Shown here one piece after another: positions 1 to 9,603 of a DNA stretch of 61,477 nucleotides. This stretch comes from Candidatus Coprovivens sp. Lineage in GTDB: Bacteria > Bacillota_I > Bacilli_A > RF39 > UBA660. A program made the translations under genes and the position numbers. The notes below the pieces were generated by a model, which saw only the letters and a program-made list of their open reading frames with translations, did not search any database and was not told the DNA's origin. The number at the start of each line of letters is the position of its first letter. The first letter of the stretch is position 1. The DNA is taken from contig JAZOOK010000082.1 of assembly GCA_045654965.1 (NCBI GenBank), forward strand, positions 1-61,477, read 5' to 3'.

Positions 1-100
1 TTGAAAAATCCAAATTTTTATATATTTTTAACTATTATCAATTATTTGTTAAATTATCCTAAACCTACTTTTACACCTTTAATATATTAAATAATATGAT

Positions 101-108
101 TATCTTTG
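101..108 (+). promoter_or_regulatory. Bacteroidetes-type -7 box candidate (TATCTTTG, pattern TAnnTTTG)
   Basis: It lies 84 nt upstream of the ATG at 192, with TTTA 19 nt upstream as a weak -33 element. The extended string TATCTTTGTT also occurs at 9549. Confidence 0.35.
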
Positions 109-191
109 TTATTATACTCAATTACAGCACTAGCATTAGTAATTAAAGTATTATTAAAATTATTATTAACTTTTAATTAAACATAATTGTT

Positions 192-725
192 ATGTTGAAG
201 TTTGAAACAAATGGAAAACAGGGTAAAACTACAATAGTTCTACCTACTAAACTTGAAGAACTTACAAAAAGTTATTTAACAAGTGTTACAAGTGAAATAG
301 AAGTTTCTGATAATTATACTCTTATTGGAGTATGTTATAAAGAAAAACTGTCTAATATTATCATGACTTCTAGACAAAACAAACCTACTGCTAATATTGC
401 TGTTGTTCCTATTTTTATTAAAAGTGGTGAAACAACTAAAGGGTTTGTTAATAATCTTAATACTGGAGATAAACTAGTTATTGCTCCTACTCAAATAGCT
501 TTAGGACATCATGTAGCTGCTCCTAATAATCATATCACTATTAGTAATTTTTTATTTTATTGCGAAGGAGATAAAGAAGTTTATCAAAAAGCTCTAGCTT
601 ATTCTCAATATGTTTATTTTCTTGAATTTAAAATAATTCCTAATTGTGATATTATTGCAAGTTATACAGGTGAACTTTCTGAAAGTAATAATGAGTTTGC
701 TCCGATTAAAGGTGAGTTAAATTAA
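192..725 (+). CDS. hypothetical protein (177 aa)
   Basis: ATG ORF, first in a tightly packed co-directional gene string. A 13-bp hairpin follows within 10 nt of the stop. No motif I recognise. Confidence 0.6.
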   Translation: MLKFETNGKQGKTTIVLPTKLEELTKSYLTSVTSEIEVSDNYTLIGVCYKEKLSNIIMTSRQNKPTANIAVVPIFIKSGETTKGFVNNLNTGDKLVIAPTQIALGHHVAAPNNHITISNFLFYCEGDKEVYQKALAYSQYVYFLEFKIIPNCDIIASYTGELSESNNEFAPIKGELN

Positions 726-728
726 ATT

Positions 729-751
729 AACCCTTCTACGGGGGAGGTAGT
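729..751 (+). repeat. GC-rich motif copy 1 (AACCCTTCTACGGGGGAGGTAGT), intergenic
   Basis: Read directly from the sequence. It starts 4 nt after the stop of 192-725 and forms the left arm of hairpin 735-767. Confidence 0.95.
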
Positions 752-767
752 AAGCCTCCTTCGTAGA
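735..767 (+). terminator. 13-bp hairpin (TCTACGGGGGAGG / CCTCCTTCGTAGA, 7-nt loop)
   Basis: All 13 positions pair, two of them as G-U in RNA. The right arm is a degenerate inverted copy of the motif. AT-rich sequence follows, with no clean T-run. Confidence 0.5.
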
Positions 768-781
768 TTATTAATTATATT

Positions 782-1273
782 ATGGCTGATGTTTTTAAAT
801 TTCCTAATGGCGGTTATGATGTTGTTGTATGCAGAAAACAAGATATATTAGATTGTATTGATGATACAATTGTAGATAAAGATGTAGCTTTAGCTGTTAT
901 AGAACAATGTGAATTTGCTGCTGCAGGATATATTAAAGAAAATCGTTGGACAGGAATACCTTTTATTGGAAATATTAGAGTTCCTAAAAATACGCAACTT
1001 ATTAATACTCCAGAACAACAAAGTTTAATTAAAGATGCTAGAGAAGTTTTAGATAAAGAATCTTATATTTTATTTAGACGTAAACTAAATACTGAAAATA
1101 CTAAACATATAAAATTTGAAAGATATTACAAATATATAACTAGTATTTATGTAAATAAAAATAAAGAGCTTTATAGAAAACTTTGTAAAACAAAAGGTGA
1201 AGTTTACGCTAGACTTTATTGTTATAGTTTAGCTCATATTGTAGATGTAAATAAAGAATATATAATATTATAA
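782..1273 (+). CDS. hypothetical protein (163 aa)
   Basis: ATG ORF, 4 nt from the next gene, same strand as its neighbours. No recognisable motif. Confidence 0.6.
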   Translation: MADVFKFPNGGYDVVVCRKQDILDCIDDTIVDKDVALAVIEQCEFAAAGYIKENRWTGIPFIGNIRVPKNTQLINTPEQQSLIKDAREVLDKESYILFRRKLNTENTKHIKFERYYKYITSIYVNKNKELYRKLCKTKGEVYARLYCYSLAHIVDVNKEYIIL

Positions 1274-1277
1274 TATT

Positions 1278-1892
1278 ATGTCTAATAAATTATTAATTGA
1301 TAGCCTTATTCTATTAGATGATAGTGGTATGCCTCAAGCTCCTACTATTAGACAAATAGTAGATAGAGACGTAAAAGAACTATATAAAAGAGATAAATCT
1401 ACAGATAAAAAACAATATATTTCAGAGTGTATTGTTATTTATTATTTAGGTGATCCTAAATCTCCTGCTAGACAAGCCGGACTTAGTGAACCTGAAGCTC
1501 TTAAAATGGCTATTGACCAAGCAGGTTTAGATAAAGGTTATATTCCTGATGCCCTAGTTATTAGACTAATAAAAAGATATTATGACGAAAATATAACAGA
1601 AGCCGGAAGAGTTGTAGAAAATATTCTTAAAGGTATTCATAATATAAATTTGAGTATAGATGTTATAAATAATATTTTAAATGAAAAATTAAATACTTCT
1701 ATATCTCTAGATGATGTTCCTAATATACTTAGTTTAATAGACAGTGTTAATAAAAAAGCTGGAGAATTGCCAAGTATGCTAAAACGATTAGAAGAAGCAA
1801 AACAAAATTTGATGTATGAAAAAGAATCTGAAGTATCTCGTGGAGGTAATTTAGTTTCTTCTTCTATGAACGCAGAAGATTATATGGATTAA
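1278..1892 (+). CDS. hypothetical protein (204 aa)
   Basis: ATG ORF packed between neighbours with 3-4 nt gaps. No recognisable motif. Confidence 0.6.
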   Translation: MSNKLLIDSLILLDDSGMPQAPTIRQIVDRDVKELYKRDKSTDKKQYISECIVIYYLGDPKSPARQAGLSEPEALKMAIDQAGLDKGYIPDALVIRLIKRYYDENITEAGRVVENILKGIHNINLSIDVINNILNEKLNTSISLDDVPNILSLIDSVNKKAGELPSMLKRLEEAKQNLMYEKESEVSRGGNLVSSSMNAEDYMD

Positions 1893-1895
1893 AGT

Positions 1896-2900
1896 ATGGT
1901 AAAAGATAAAAGATATGATGAAATATTTCTTCATTTTAAAGAAGAAGGTCATAAGTATAACGATACTTTAGGTAATAGTTATACTTCTGTTACTACATTA
2001 ATTCACGATAATTATGTTCCTAAATTTAATAAAAAATATTGGTTACATAAAAAAGCTAAAGAATTAGGAATTAGTGAAAAGACTTTAGAAAAACAATGGC
2101 AAGATATAACTGATGAAGCTTGTGCTAGAGGTACTGTAACACATAATGGCTTAGAAGACGCTATTAAAGAAGTTAGTATGTTTAAACACGCTATACAATA
2201 TTTAACTAATGTAAATACTGGTAGAGTTATAACTGTTGCAGATATTCCTAATTTTTCAGCTAAACCTTTAGATATAGATGCTTTTATTTCTGCAACTAAT
2301 AATAAATATCCTGAAATTTATAGAGTTTTTAAATTTTATACAGATAGAGGATATACTATTTATTCTGAAATAGGAGCATTTTTAATAGACTATCTTTTAA
2401 GTGGTACTATAGATATTCTTTGTATAAAAGAAGATAACTTTGTTATTCTTGATTGGAAAACTAATCGTAATGGTTTACAATTTGAAAGTGGTTATTTTAA
2501 AAAAGATAAAACTACTAAACCTGCTCAACTTACAAATGAATATGTTCATAAAGAAGAATATATGCTACCTCCTTTAAATTATTTACCTAATTGCAATGGT
2601 TATCATTATACTATGCAATTGTCTATGTATGCTAAAATGGTAGAACTTATTCTTAATATTCCTTGTGTTGGATTAGGTCTATGTCATATAGGTAGTCCTT
2701 TTGTAAAAAATAATTATGGTATGCCTTATAGAGATGAAAATAATCAATATCCTATAGACCCTAATGGAGAAGAAACAGTAAAATGGCATAGAATCTCTTA
2801 TAAAAGAAAAGAAGCTGAAGCTATTCTTGCAGATAGATTAGTTCAGCTTAAAAGTAAAAATATTAATGTTGTAATTCAAAAAAAGTTATTTGATATATGA
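1896..2900 (+). CDS. PD-(D/E)XK nuclease, RecB-family-like
   Basis: Ordered motifs are HKY..SYTSVTTLI, GTVTH, GTIDIL (Asp), ILDWKT (D-x-K at nt 2451-2459) and QLSMY (QxxxY). This is the canonical RecB-type nuclease motif order. Confidence 0.65.
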   Translation: MVKDKRYDEIFLHFKEEGHKYNDTLGNSYTSVTTLIHDNYVPKFNKKYWLHKKAKELGISEKTLEKQWQDITDEACARGTVTHNGLEDAIKEVSMFKHAIQYLTNVNTGRVITVADIPNFSAKPLDIDAFISATNNKYPEIYRVFKFYTDRGYTIYSEIGAFLIDYLLSGTIDILCIKEDNFVILDWKTNRNGLQFESGYFKKDKTTKPAQLTNEYVHKEEYMLPPLNYLPNCNGYHYTMQLSMYAKMVELILNIPCVGLGLCHIGSPFVKNNYGMPYRDENNQYPIDPNGEETVKWHRISYKRKEAEAILADRLVQLKSKNINVVIQKKLFDI

Positions 2901-3520
2901 AAACAGCTCTTTATTCTAAATGTGCAACTTACGATTTTGAAAGTTTATTTAAGCGTAAAGGTTATGCTTTTTTTACAAAAGGAGTTTATAATCTAAACAT
3001 AATTGGTGTACGAAGTAACAAATTTAATCAAGTTACTAATAAATACGATGACTATTTAATTGTAGATTATAATACTAGTACTTGTCATAAAAGACAAATT
3101 TATAATATAACTACAGAACCTGGACTACATTATATGAAAAACCTTATTAATAGTAAAGGTACGGCTATTCTAGTTCCAGGTCAATATAGAGGGGCTTATG
3201 CAGTAGATTTGCATAGAGGAAAATATAAAGCATTATGCCAAAGAAACAAGCCTGTTAAAGTATATAGAGATAACAATAAAGATGAAGTATATGACTTACT
3301 TCCTGAAAAAATAGATAAAGGAATGTTTGGTATAAACATTCATAGATCTTCAGAATGGAGTACTGTATCTAACATAGATAAATATTCTGCTGGATGTCAA
3401 GTTTTTAATGACCCTCAACAATTTGTTTCATTTATGAGTATTGTTAAAAAAGCTAAAGATATTTGGGGTAACGCATTTACTTATACTTTATTGACAGAAG
3501 ATGAATTGGAAGAAATTTAA
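2897..3520 (+). CDS. putative cell-wall-active enzyme (endolysin candidate)
   Basis: ATGA overlap with the upstream gene. The C-terminal 'NIHRSSEW..(x)..YSAGCQVF' resembles the His...SxGC catalytic signature of YkuD-fold L,D-transpeptidase-like domains. It lies directly upstream of two small membrane proteins. Confidence 0.4.
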   Translation: MKTALYSKCATYDFESLFKRKGYAFFTKGVYNLNIIGVRSNKFNQVTNKYDDYLIVDYNTSTCHKRQIYNITTEPGLHYMKNLINSKGTAILVPGQYRGAYAVDLHRGKYKALCQRNKPVKVYRDNNKDEVYDLLPEKIDKGMFGINIHRSSEWSTVSNIDKYSAGCQVFNDPQQFVSFMSIVKKAKDIWGNAFTYTLLTEDELEEI

Positions 3521-3803
3521 AGAAATTATAAAAACTATAGGAGATACTTGTAGTATTGGGTGGTTAATAATATGTTTCGTTTTTGCAGTGCTTGGAGTTT
3601 TTCATATAATATTTAAAGTTAATAATAAACCTAATACTACAAGTAATCCTATTTCTACTATAGATTCTATTAAAATTAGTAATGAAATACTAATAAAAGA
3701 TATAACCAATTTAGATAGTATAAAAAATGCGAAAGTTATTGAAGTTGAAACTATGGATAATGATAGTACTCTTATGTTATTCTATCAACTTATCGGCAAC
3801 TAA
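3501..3803 (+). CDS. small type-II membrane protein (holin or i-spanin-like)
   Basis: 100 aa with a basic N-terminus, then one TM segment (IGWLIICFVFAVLGVFHIIF). It overlaps the endolysin candidate by 20 nt and the next ORF by 77 nt in another frame. Confidence 0.45.
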   Translation: MNWKKFKEIIKTIGDTCSIGWLIICFVFAVLGVFHIIFKVNNKPNTTSNPISTIDSIKISNEILIKDITNLDSIKNAKVIEVETMDNDSTLMLFYQLIGN

Positions 3804-4092
3804 TACCAACATCCCTTCTACGGGGGAGGTAACAGCTAAATCAGATTCAGTACTTATAGCTTATTCTGATTTACGTATTGCTAATAGTAAAATGATTCAA
3901 CTAGAATATGAAAAAGAAATAAATAAAAAACTTAGAACTATTGTAGCTAACGATAGTATTACTATTAGAAATTATGATACTTTAAATAAAGAACTTAATA
4001 AAGAATGTAAAAAAACTATAAAACAAAGAAATATTTGTTTTGGTTTATTTGTAGTAAGTTTCGTAGCGGCAATAGTGTTATTGGTAAAATAA
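3727..4092 (+). CDS. spanin-like protein with signal peptide plus Cys and a C-terminal TM
   Basis: The N-terminus MRKLLKLKLWIMIVLLCYS looks like a signal or lipoprotein peptide, followed by a coiled-coil-like middle and a C-terminal TM (ICFGLFVVSFVAAIVLLV). It starts in the +1 frame inside the 3' end of 3501-3803. The 54 stop-free codons before the next Met in an AT-rich genome favour the long form, but a start near 3889 cannot be excluded. Confidence 0.4.
   Translation: MRKLLKLKLWIMIVLLCYSINLSATNTNIPSTGEVTAKSDSVLIAYSDLRIANSKMIQLEYEKEINKKLRTIVANDSITIRNYDTLNKELNKECKKTIKQRNICFGLFVVSFVAAIVLLVK
3813..3829 (+). repeat. GC-rich motif copy 2 (CCCTTCTACGGGGGAGG)
   Basis: It starts 10 nt after the stop of 3501-3803 and is read as IPSTGE in ORF 3727-4092. 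The upstream flank is CCAACAT. Confidence 0.95.
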
Positions 4093-4093
4093 T

Positions 4094-6379
4094 ATGTTAA
4101 AGATTGAGTCTAGTTTAGAAGAAATTATTAGAACGTATCCTTTTTTGAATTATATTAAGGAGAATAAAAATCATTATAAAACAGCTACTGAAGCTGGATA
4201 TGATGATCCTGATAATTTATTCCTTATAGGAGATAGTGGAGGTTTTCTTTTAAATATTCAACCTGGAGATAAATTTGTAAATACTCATTTATTTACAGAA
4301 ATGGCTGATTTTTATAGAAAAGAAAAACAATATACTTTTTATAAAGAAGATAGTATTCCTCATAGACAACTTAGAAAAAGAGAAGAATATCGAAGACGAC
4401 ATGGTATTACACAGCCTTGTTTATTAAGAAATGGCAAAGTTCAAGATATTAGAATAACTGGAGACCATTATAATTTTCTAAATTATACTTTAATGGAACA
4501 GTTAGATGAAAGACATGCTAAAACTACAAGTAAAGCTAGTGTAGCTAAAAAACATTATGATTTTAGTAAATTTATAGATGCTCAATTTTGGACATTTCAT
4601 ATAATGGAATTTGCTATTCGTAATGGTTTTCATCTTATTATAGATAAAACTCGTCGTGGTGGATTTTCTTATATTATGGCTGCTAGTAGTGCTAATACTA
4701 TAAATCTTCAACCTAGAAAAGTTCAAATCCATGTAGCTGCTGATAAAAAATATCTTACTAAACAAGGAGGCTTGACTGATTTTACAATTAACAATCTTCG
4801 TTTTTATGAAAATAAAACCTTTTTTAAAAGAGGTATTTTATCTACAGACAAAGAAAACTTTACTTTAGGTTTTAAACTTCCTAATGGTATTGTTAGTCCT
4901 AAAGCATGGAATTCTGCTTTATTTAGTACATCTGCTATGAACAATCCAGATTGTGCTATCGGTAAAGATGCTGTAAATGTTAAAGTAGAAGAGCTTTCTA
5001 CTATGGAAAACTTCGACGATTTTATGACTGTAACAGAACCTGCTATGAGAACTGGTAGTTATGTTACAGGTAATCTTTTTTGTTGGGGTACAGCTACTTC
5101 TGGTAACATGCAAGTTTTTGAACAAAATTTTTATTCTCCTAAATCATTTGGTTTTATGCCTTTTGAAAATGTTTGGGATAAAGATTGTAGAAATGAAATT
5201 TGCGGTTATTTTAAACCTTATTCTTGGGGACTTCAAGGACAACTTGATGGACATCAAGCGATGGATAAAGATGGTAATTCTGATATAGAAGTAGGATTAC
5301 GAATAGCATATAAAGAACGTCAACATAAAAAATCTACATCTAAAACTTTTGCTGATTATATTAACTATTTAGGTCAATATGCTTTAATGCCAGCTGAATC
5401 TTTTAGTTCTGCTACAGAAAATTTATTTAGTAGTGAAGAATTAATGGCTTGGGAAGAAAAACTTAGAACTGATAATAGTTATAAATTTTACAATGACGGT
5501 TGGCTATTTGAAAAAGAAGGTAATGTAGAATTTAAAACTAATTCTAGAATAGAAGCAGAAGGAGGCAAAATAAATGTAGATTATTGGGATTGGATAGAAG
5601 GAGTTCCTAGAAAAGGTCATGAACATCCTCATGGATGTATAAGACGATGGTTTGCTCCTATGAAAGTTCCATATTTGACAAAAGAAGGAAAACAAATAAT
5701 GGGAACTCCTCCAGGATTATATTCTATTAGTTATGACCCTGTAGGGGTTAATAAGGAAAATAAACTTATCACAAATAGACACTCTCATAATAGTATTAAA
5801 GTTTGGATGAACCCTTGTCAATATAATGGTTTTAAAACAGCTCTTGTTGCAGCATATTATGGCAGACCTGAAAAACTTGAAGAAGCAGATAAAGTATGTT
5901 TATTACTTGCTAAATATTATAATTGTATAGGAACCACTGGAGTCGAAATTAACCGAGGTGAAACTGTAAGTAATTTTACTAAATGGAAAGCTCTTAAATA
6001 TTTAATGAAAGATCCTGTTCAAATTTGGGATACTTCTATTAAAGGTAATGTTGTTTCTACTTACGGTGTTAATATGGGAGATGGAACAAAAAAGCTTGAA
6101 GGTCTTCGATTACTTAAAGAAATGCTTTATAGTGTAGTAGGTAAAAATGAACTTGGAGAAGACGTGTATTTATTTCAAACTATTTATGATTATCAGTCTA
6201 TACTAGAACTTAAAAAGTGGAATGCTTTAGGTAACTTTGACCGAGTTTCAGAAATGATTATACGAGCTTTACAATGGAGACTTTGTGATATAGAAGCATC
6301 TAAAGAACTTGCACATAGAAAAAGAATAAATAAAAATGAAGATTATTCACAACATATATTAAAAAGAGATTGGTTTTAA
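4094..6379 (+). CDS. terL: terminase large subunit
   Basis: 761 aa, immediately upstream of the portal-sized gene. ATPase-like elements are DKTRRGGFS (P-loop-like), VNVKVEE (Walker-B-like) and WGTATS (coupling motif). The C-terminal nuclease-like Asp lies in 'SISYDPVG'. Confidence 0.8.
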   Translation: MLKIESSLEEIIRTYPFLNYIKENKNHYKTATEAGYDDPDNLFLIGDSGGFLLNIQPGDKFVNTHLFTEMADFYRKEKQYTFYKEDSIPHRQLRKREEYRRRHGITQPCLLRNGKVQDIRITGDHYNFLNYTLMEQLDERHAKTTSKASVAKKHYDFSKFIDAQFWTFHIMEFAIRNGFHLIIDKTRRGGFSYIMAASSANTINLQPRKVQIHVAADKKYLTKQGGLTDFTINNLRFYENKTFFKRGILSTDKENFTLGFKLPNGIVSPKAWNSALFSTSAMNNPDCAIGKDAVNVKVEELSTMENFDDFMTVTEPAMRTGSYVTGNLFCWGTATSGNMQVFEQNFYSPKSFGFMPFENVWDKDCRNEICGYFKPYSWGLQGQLDGHQAMDKDGNSDIEVGLRIAYKERQHKKSTSKTFADYINYLGQYALMPAESFSSATENLFSSEELMAWEEKLRTDNSYKFYNDGWLFEKEGNVEFKTNSRIEAEGGKINVDYWDWIEGVPRKGHEHPHGCIRRWFAPMKVPYLTKEGKQIMGTPPGLYSISYDPVGVNKENKLITNRHSHNSIKVWMNPCQYNGFKTALVAAYYGRPEKLEEADKVCLLLAKYYNCIGTTGVEINRGETVSNFTKWKALKYLMKDPVQIWDTSIKGNVVSTYGVNMGDGTKKLEGLRLLKEMLYSVVGKNELGEDVYLFQTIYDYQSILELKKWNALGNFDRVSEMIIRALQWRLCDIEASKELAHRKRINKNEDYSQHILKRDWF

Positions 6380-6382
6380 ACT

Positions 6383-6784
6383 ATGGCTAAATACACTTAT
6401 ATACCGGTAGATATTTATAAACGAGGCATTACAGTTTTTATAGGTTCTCATAAAGAATTTAAATCTTGGGTTAGAGATTATTATAAAAACGATGAAGATT
6501 ATCAAAATTTAATAGATTATGTATATGATAATGATTATTATAATGCTCTAGGAGTTTTTTGGTATAACAGAAGTACAGGAGATGGAATAATAGAATTACC
6601 TAAATTTCCAAAAAGTGCAAAAGAAATAGCTGTAGCTGCTCATGAAGTTCTTCATGCTGTATTTCATATATTAGACTATTGTGGAATTAATTATTCTAAA
6701 GAAAGCGGAGGAGAAGCTCATACTTATCTTTTAGAATATATGTTAAGTAATTTATTAAATATAGATAATTATAAAATTGTATAA
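6383..6784 (+). CDS. small zincin-like protein (HExxH)
   Basis: 133 aa with 'AVAAHEVLHAVFH' (HExxH) and downstream Glu residues (KESGGEAH). It sits between terL and the portal gene. Confidence 0.5.
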   Translation: MAKYTYIPVDIYKRGITVFIGSHKEFKSWVRDYYKNDEDYQNLIDYVYDNDYYNALGVFWYNRSTGDGIIELPKFPKSAKEIAVAAHEVLHAVFHILDYCGINYSKESGGEAHTYLLEYMLSNLLNIDNYKIV

Positions 6785-6787
6785 AAT

Positions 6788-9202
6788 ATGACACCTAATT
6801 ATAATCTTCAATTTCCACAACAAAGAGTTAGTGGAGCTGTTAAAAGAAAAGCAGATTGGTATGCAAATTGCATTGATTATGTTATCGATGCTGGTTTGAG
6901 TTTTAATGATAGAAGTGAAGATGAAAGAAAGCTTTCTATTCTTCGTGGTGATATTCCTAATGAGTTTTACAAAAAGACTCTTAATCCTTATAATAGTAAT
7001 AATGAAAAATATACAAGATTTCCTGCTACTATGAGAAATTTTGATATTATGTCAGATATTATAAGACGTTATATTTCTGAGTATTTTAAAGGTATTCATG
7101 AATTTGTTGTAGGAGCTAATAATCCAGATATTGTCATAAATAAAAATGCTAAACTTAAAGAATATATGGGTAATTTAGCTGCTGAAGCATTTAAACAAGA
7201 ATTTGAAAAACAATATCAAGCAATGGTTCAGCAAGCTCAACAACAAGGTCAAGATCCTTCTACTATAAATCCTCAAGAAGCTATGCCTGACCCAGAACAA
7301 TTTGTTAAAGAATTTAATGAAAATTATATTGATGAAGAAAGTAAACAAGGTCAAGATATTCTTGATTATGTTAGAAGTATGACTCAAGATAATCTTATTT
7401 ATCTTTCTGCATTTTTTAATTATGTAGCTCTAGGAGAATGTTTTACTTATGCTGATGTTAGAGGAGATAAACTTTTTAAAGAAAATGTTCCTGTATTAGA
7501 AGCTTATCCTATTCCTAATTCTAATTTCTTTGTAGAAGACCATGATATGTTTGCAAGAAAGATGCTATTATCATATCAACAAATTATGGATATGTTTGAT
7601 GATAGTCTTACTGATAAAGATAGATATTTTCTTGAAACATATTATGGAAAACATAGTACAAACGGAGGTATAACTAGACTTACTTATAATCAATTATTTG
7701 AAAACTACGCTGATGTTTGTGAAAAGTTTTCTCCAACTGAAAGAGATTTGTTTAGAAAAGAACCTGTAATTATATCTCAAAATAATAATAATTTATTTGA
7801 AGTATGGCATGTAGTTTGGAGAGGAGAAGCTAAAAGAGGCATTCTTACTTATATCAATGAAGTTGGAATGGAAACTACACGAGTAGTTGATGAAGATTAT
7901 AAACTAAACAAAGAAGCTGGAGATATAAGTATAGAATGGACTTATGAACCTCAAGTTTACGAAGGCTATCGTATAGGTCATAGATACACTTCTATTTATC
8001 CTATTAAAGCTAGACCTATAGCATTTAATAGAAAAGGTAAATTACCTTATAATGGTATTATGGAAGTTCTTCCTATGATGGGTAAGTTTAGTATTATTAA
8101 ACTTATTACTCCTTATCAGATAATGAGAAACATATTTGCTTATCATAGAGAAATGGTAATAGCAAAGAATAAGATGCTGATTTTATTACTTCCTGAATCT
8201 CTAATAGCTTCTGATACAGAAGATAAAATATATAAAATGGCAGCTGATGGAGTATTGCTTATTGACGATAGTGAAGATACTAATTCTCTTAAAGCTCAGC
8301 AAATTAGATTATTAAATGCTAACATGGGAGATTATATAGTTCAACTAACTAATCTTATGGAAGCTACTAAACTAGAAGCTAGAGAAATGGTAGATATGAA
8401 TATGCAACGATATGGAGACATTGCTCAATCTGCCGGTGCTGCTACTACACAAGAAGCTATTACTAGAAGTTCTATGGGTATGGTTATTCTAGTTCAGATG
8501 TTTGATGAACTTAGAAAAGCTGATTATAACAGAGATATAGATTATTGTAAGTTAGCTTATATAGATGGTCTTGACACATCTTATTGGGATGAACTTGGCA
8601 AACGTAGATATGTTAGTCTAGATATTGATTCTTTTATTAATTCCGATTATTCTACTACTGTAAGAAACGAATCTAAAGAAATAGATAAAATTCAACAGCT
8701 TAAACAATGGGCATTTAGTGCTGCTCAAAATGGAGATTTAGACATGGCTCTTGCTGCTATTACTGGAGATAATGTTAGTCAAATTAAAGCAACAGTACAA
8801 AAATTCATGGACATAAAGCGTCAACATGAAAAAGATATGCAACAAGCTGAACAACTTATGAAACAAGAAGAACTTCAAGCTAAACTTCAAGAAATTGCAG
8901 CTAAAGGAGAACAAGATAGACTTACTGAACAACTTAAATATCAGTATGAAATGCAACTTAAATATGTAGATGTTGATATGTCTTTACTTGGTAGTACAGC
9001 AGATAGTGATGCTTCTAAACTTAGACTTCAAGAATTTGCAGAATCTAATAAACGAGATATTGAAAATCAAAAGCTAAATATAGAACGTCAAAAACTTATG
9101 GCTGATACTTATAATAAAGCTGCTGATAGACAAGTTAAACGACATGAAATTGATACTCAATTAAAAATAGCTAAAGCTAATAAAAATAAATACGATAAAT
9201 AA
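6788..9202 (+). CDS. portal protein
   Basis: 804 aa directly downstream of terL, a canonical position and a size typical of crAss-like portals. It has a long K/E/Q-rich coiled-coil C-terminal tail. Call rests on synteny and size only. Confidence 0.7.
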   Translation: MTPNYNLQFPQQRVSGAVKRKADWYANCIDYVIDAGLSFNDRSEDERKLSILRGDIPNEFYKKTLNPYNSNNEKYTRFPATMRNFDIMSDIIRRYISEYFKGIHEFVVGANNPDIVINKNAKLKEYMGNLAAEAFKQEFEKQYQAMVQQAQQQGQDPSTINPQEAMPDPEQFVKEFNENYIDEESKQGQDILDYVRSMTQDNLIYLSAFFNYVALGECFTYADVRGDKLFKENVPVLEAYPIPNSNFFVEDHDMFARKMLLSYQQIMDMFDDSLTDKDRYFLETYYGKHSTNGGITRLTYNQLFENYADVCEKFSPTERDLFRKEPVIISQNNNNLFEVWHVVWRGEAKRGILTYINEVGMETTRVVDEDYKLNKEAGDISIEWTYEPQVYEGYRIGHRYTSIYPIKARPIAFNRKGKLPYNGIMEVLPMMGKFSIIKLITPYQIMRNIFAYHREMVIAKNKMLILLLPESLIASDTEDKIYKMAADGVLLIDDSEDTNSLKAQQIRLLNANMGDYIVQLTNLMEATKLEAREMVDMNMQRYGDIAQSAGAATTQEAITRSSMGMVILVQMFDELRKADYNRDIDYCKLAYIDGLDTSYWDELGKRRYVSLDIDSFINSDYSTTVRNESKEIDKIQQLKQWAFSAAQNGDLDMALAAITGDNVSQIKATVQKFMDIKRQHEKDMQQAEQLMKQEELQAKLQEIAAKGEQDRLTEQLKYQYEMQLKYVDVDMSLLGSTADSDASKLRLQEFAESNKRDIENQKLNIERQKLMADTYNKAADRQVKRHEIDTQLKIAKANKNKYDK

Positions 9203-9548
9203 AGTATAGCAACAGTACATTCCCAAACTACTTCAAGTCCTTGTGTAGATAGTAAATATCGACATGAGGACTACTTATTTTATTTAATATATTTTAATTT
9301 GATTTTAGCCATTATTTTATCGTACATGAATGAAAGGTTTAGTTTATGTGTAAAATGTAGCACACTTAAAATTTAGGCTACCCTATGCCATATTACACCT
9401 ATAATATAATACCATAAATATAGCCTATTAATCTCGGTCATAAGTTTGGTTAAAGTAGTGATATTAATCTTAGCAGTAATATTACAACATATAATATTGA
9501 CGTTAAAATTTATTATATGTTTTACTTGGTATTAATGATTAAAATATA

Positions 9549-9556
9549 TATCTTTG
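9549..9556 (+). promoter_or_regulatory. Bacteroidetes-type -7 box candidate (TATCTTTG)
   Basis: It lies 48 nt upstream of the ATG at 9604 (the scaffold-capsid operon), with cTTG 20 nt upstream. Confidence 0.4.
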
Positions 9557-9603
9557 TTCAGTTTAGTTAAATTATATCTAATAATAATAGTAATATTAAA
9601 ATT

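Noticed and set aside
9203-9603. A tRNA or small protein gene in the 400-bp gap, and likewise in the gaps 21445-21640 and 56738-56962.
   Set aside because: I could not find a cloverleaf with a GTTCRA-type T-loop and acceptor pairing. The longest ATG ORF in the gap is about 14 codons. tRNAscan-SE or Infernal should still be run.
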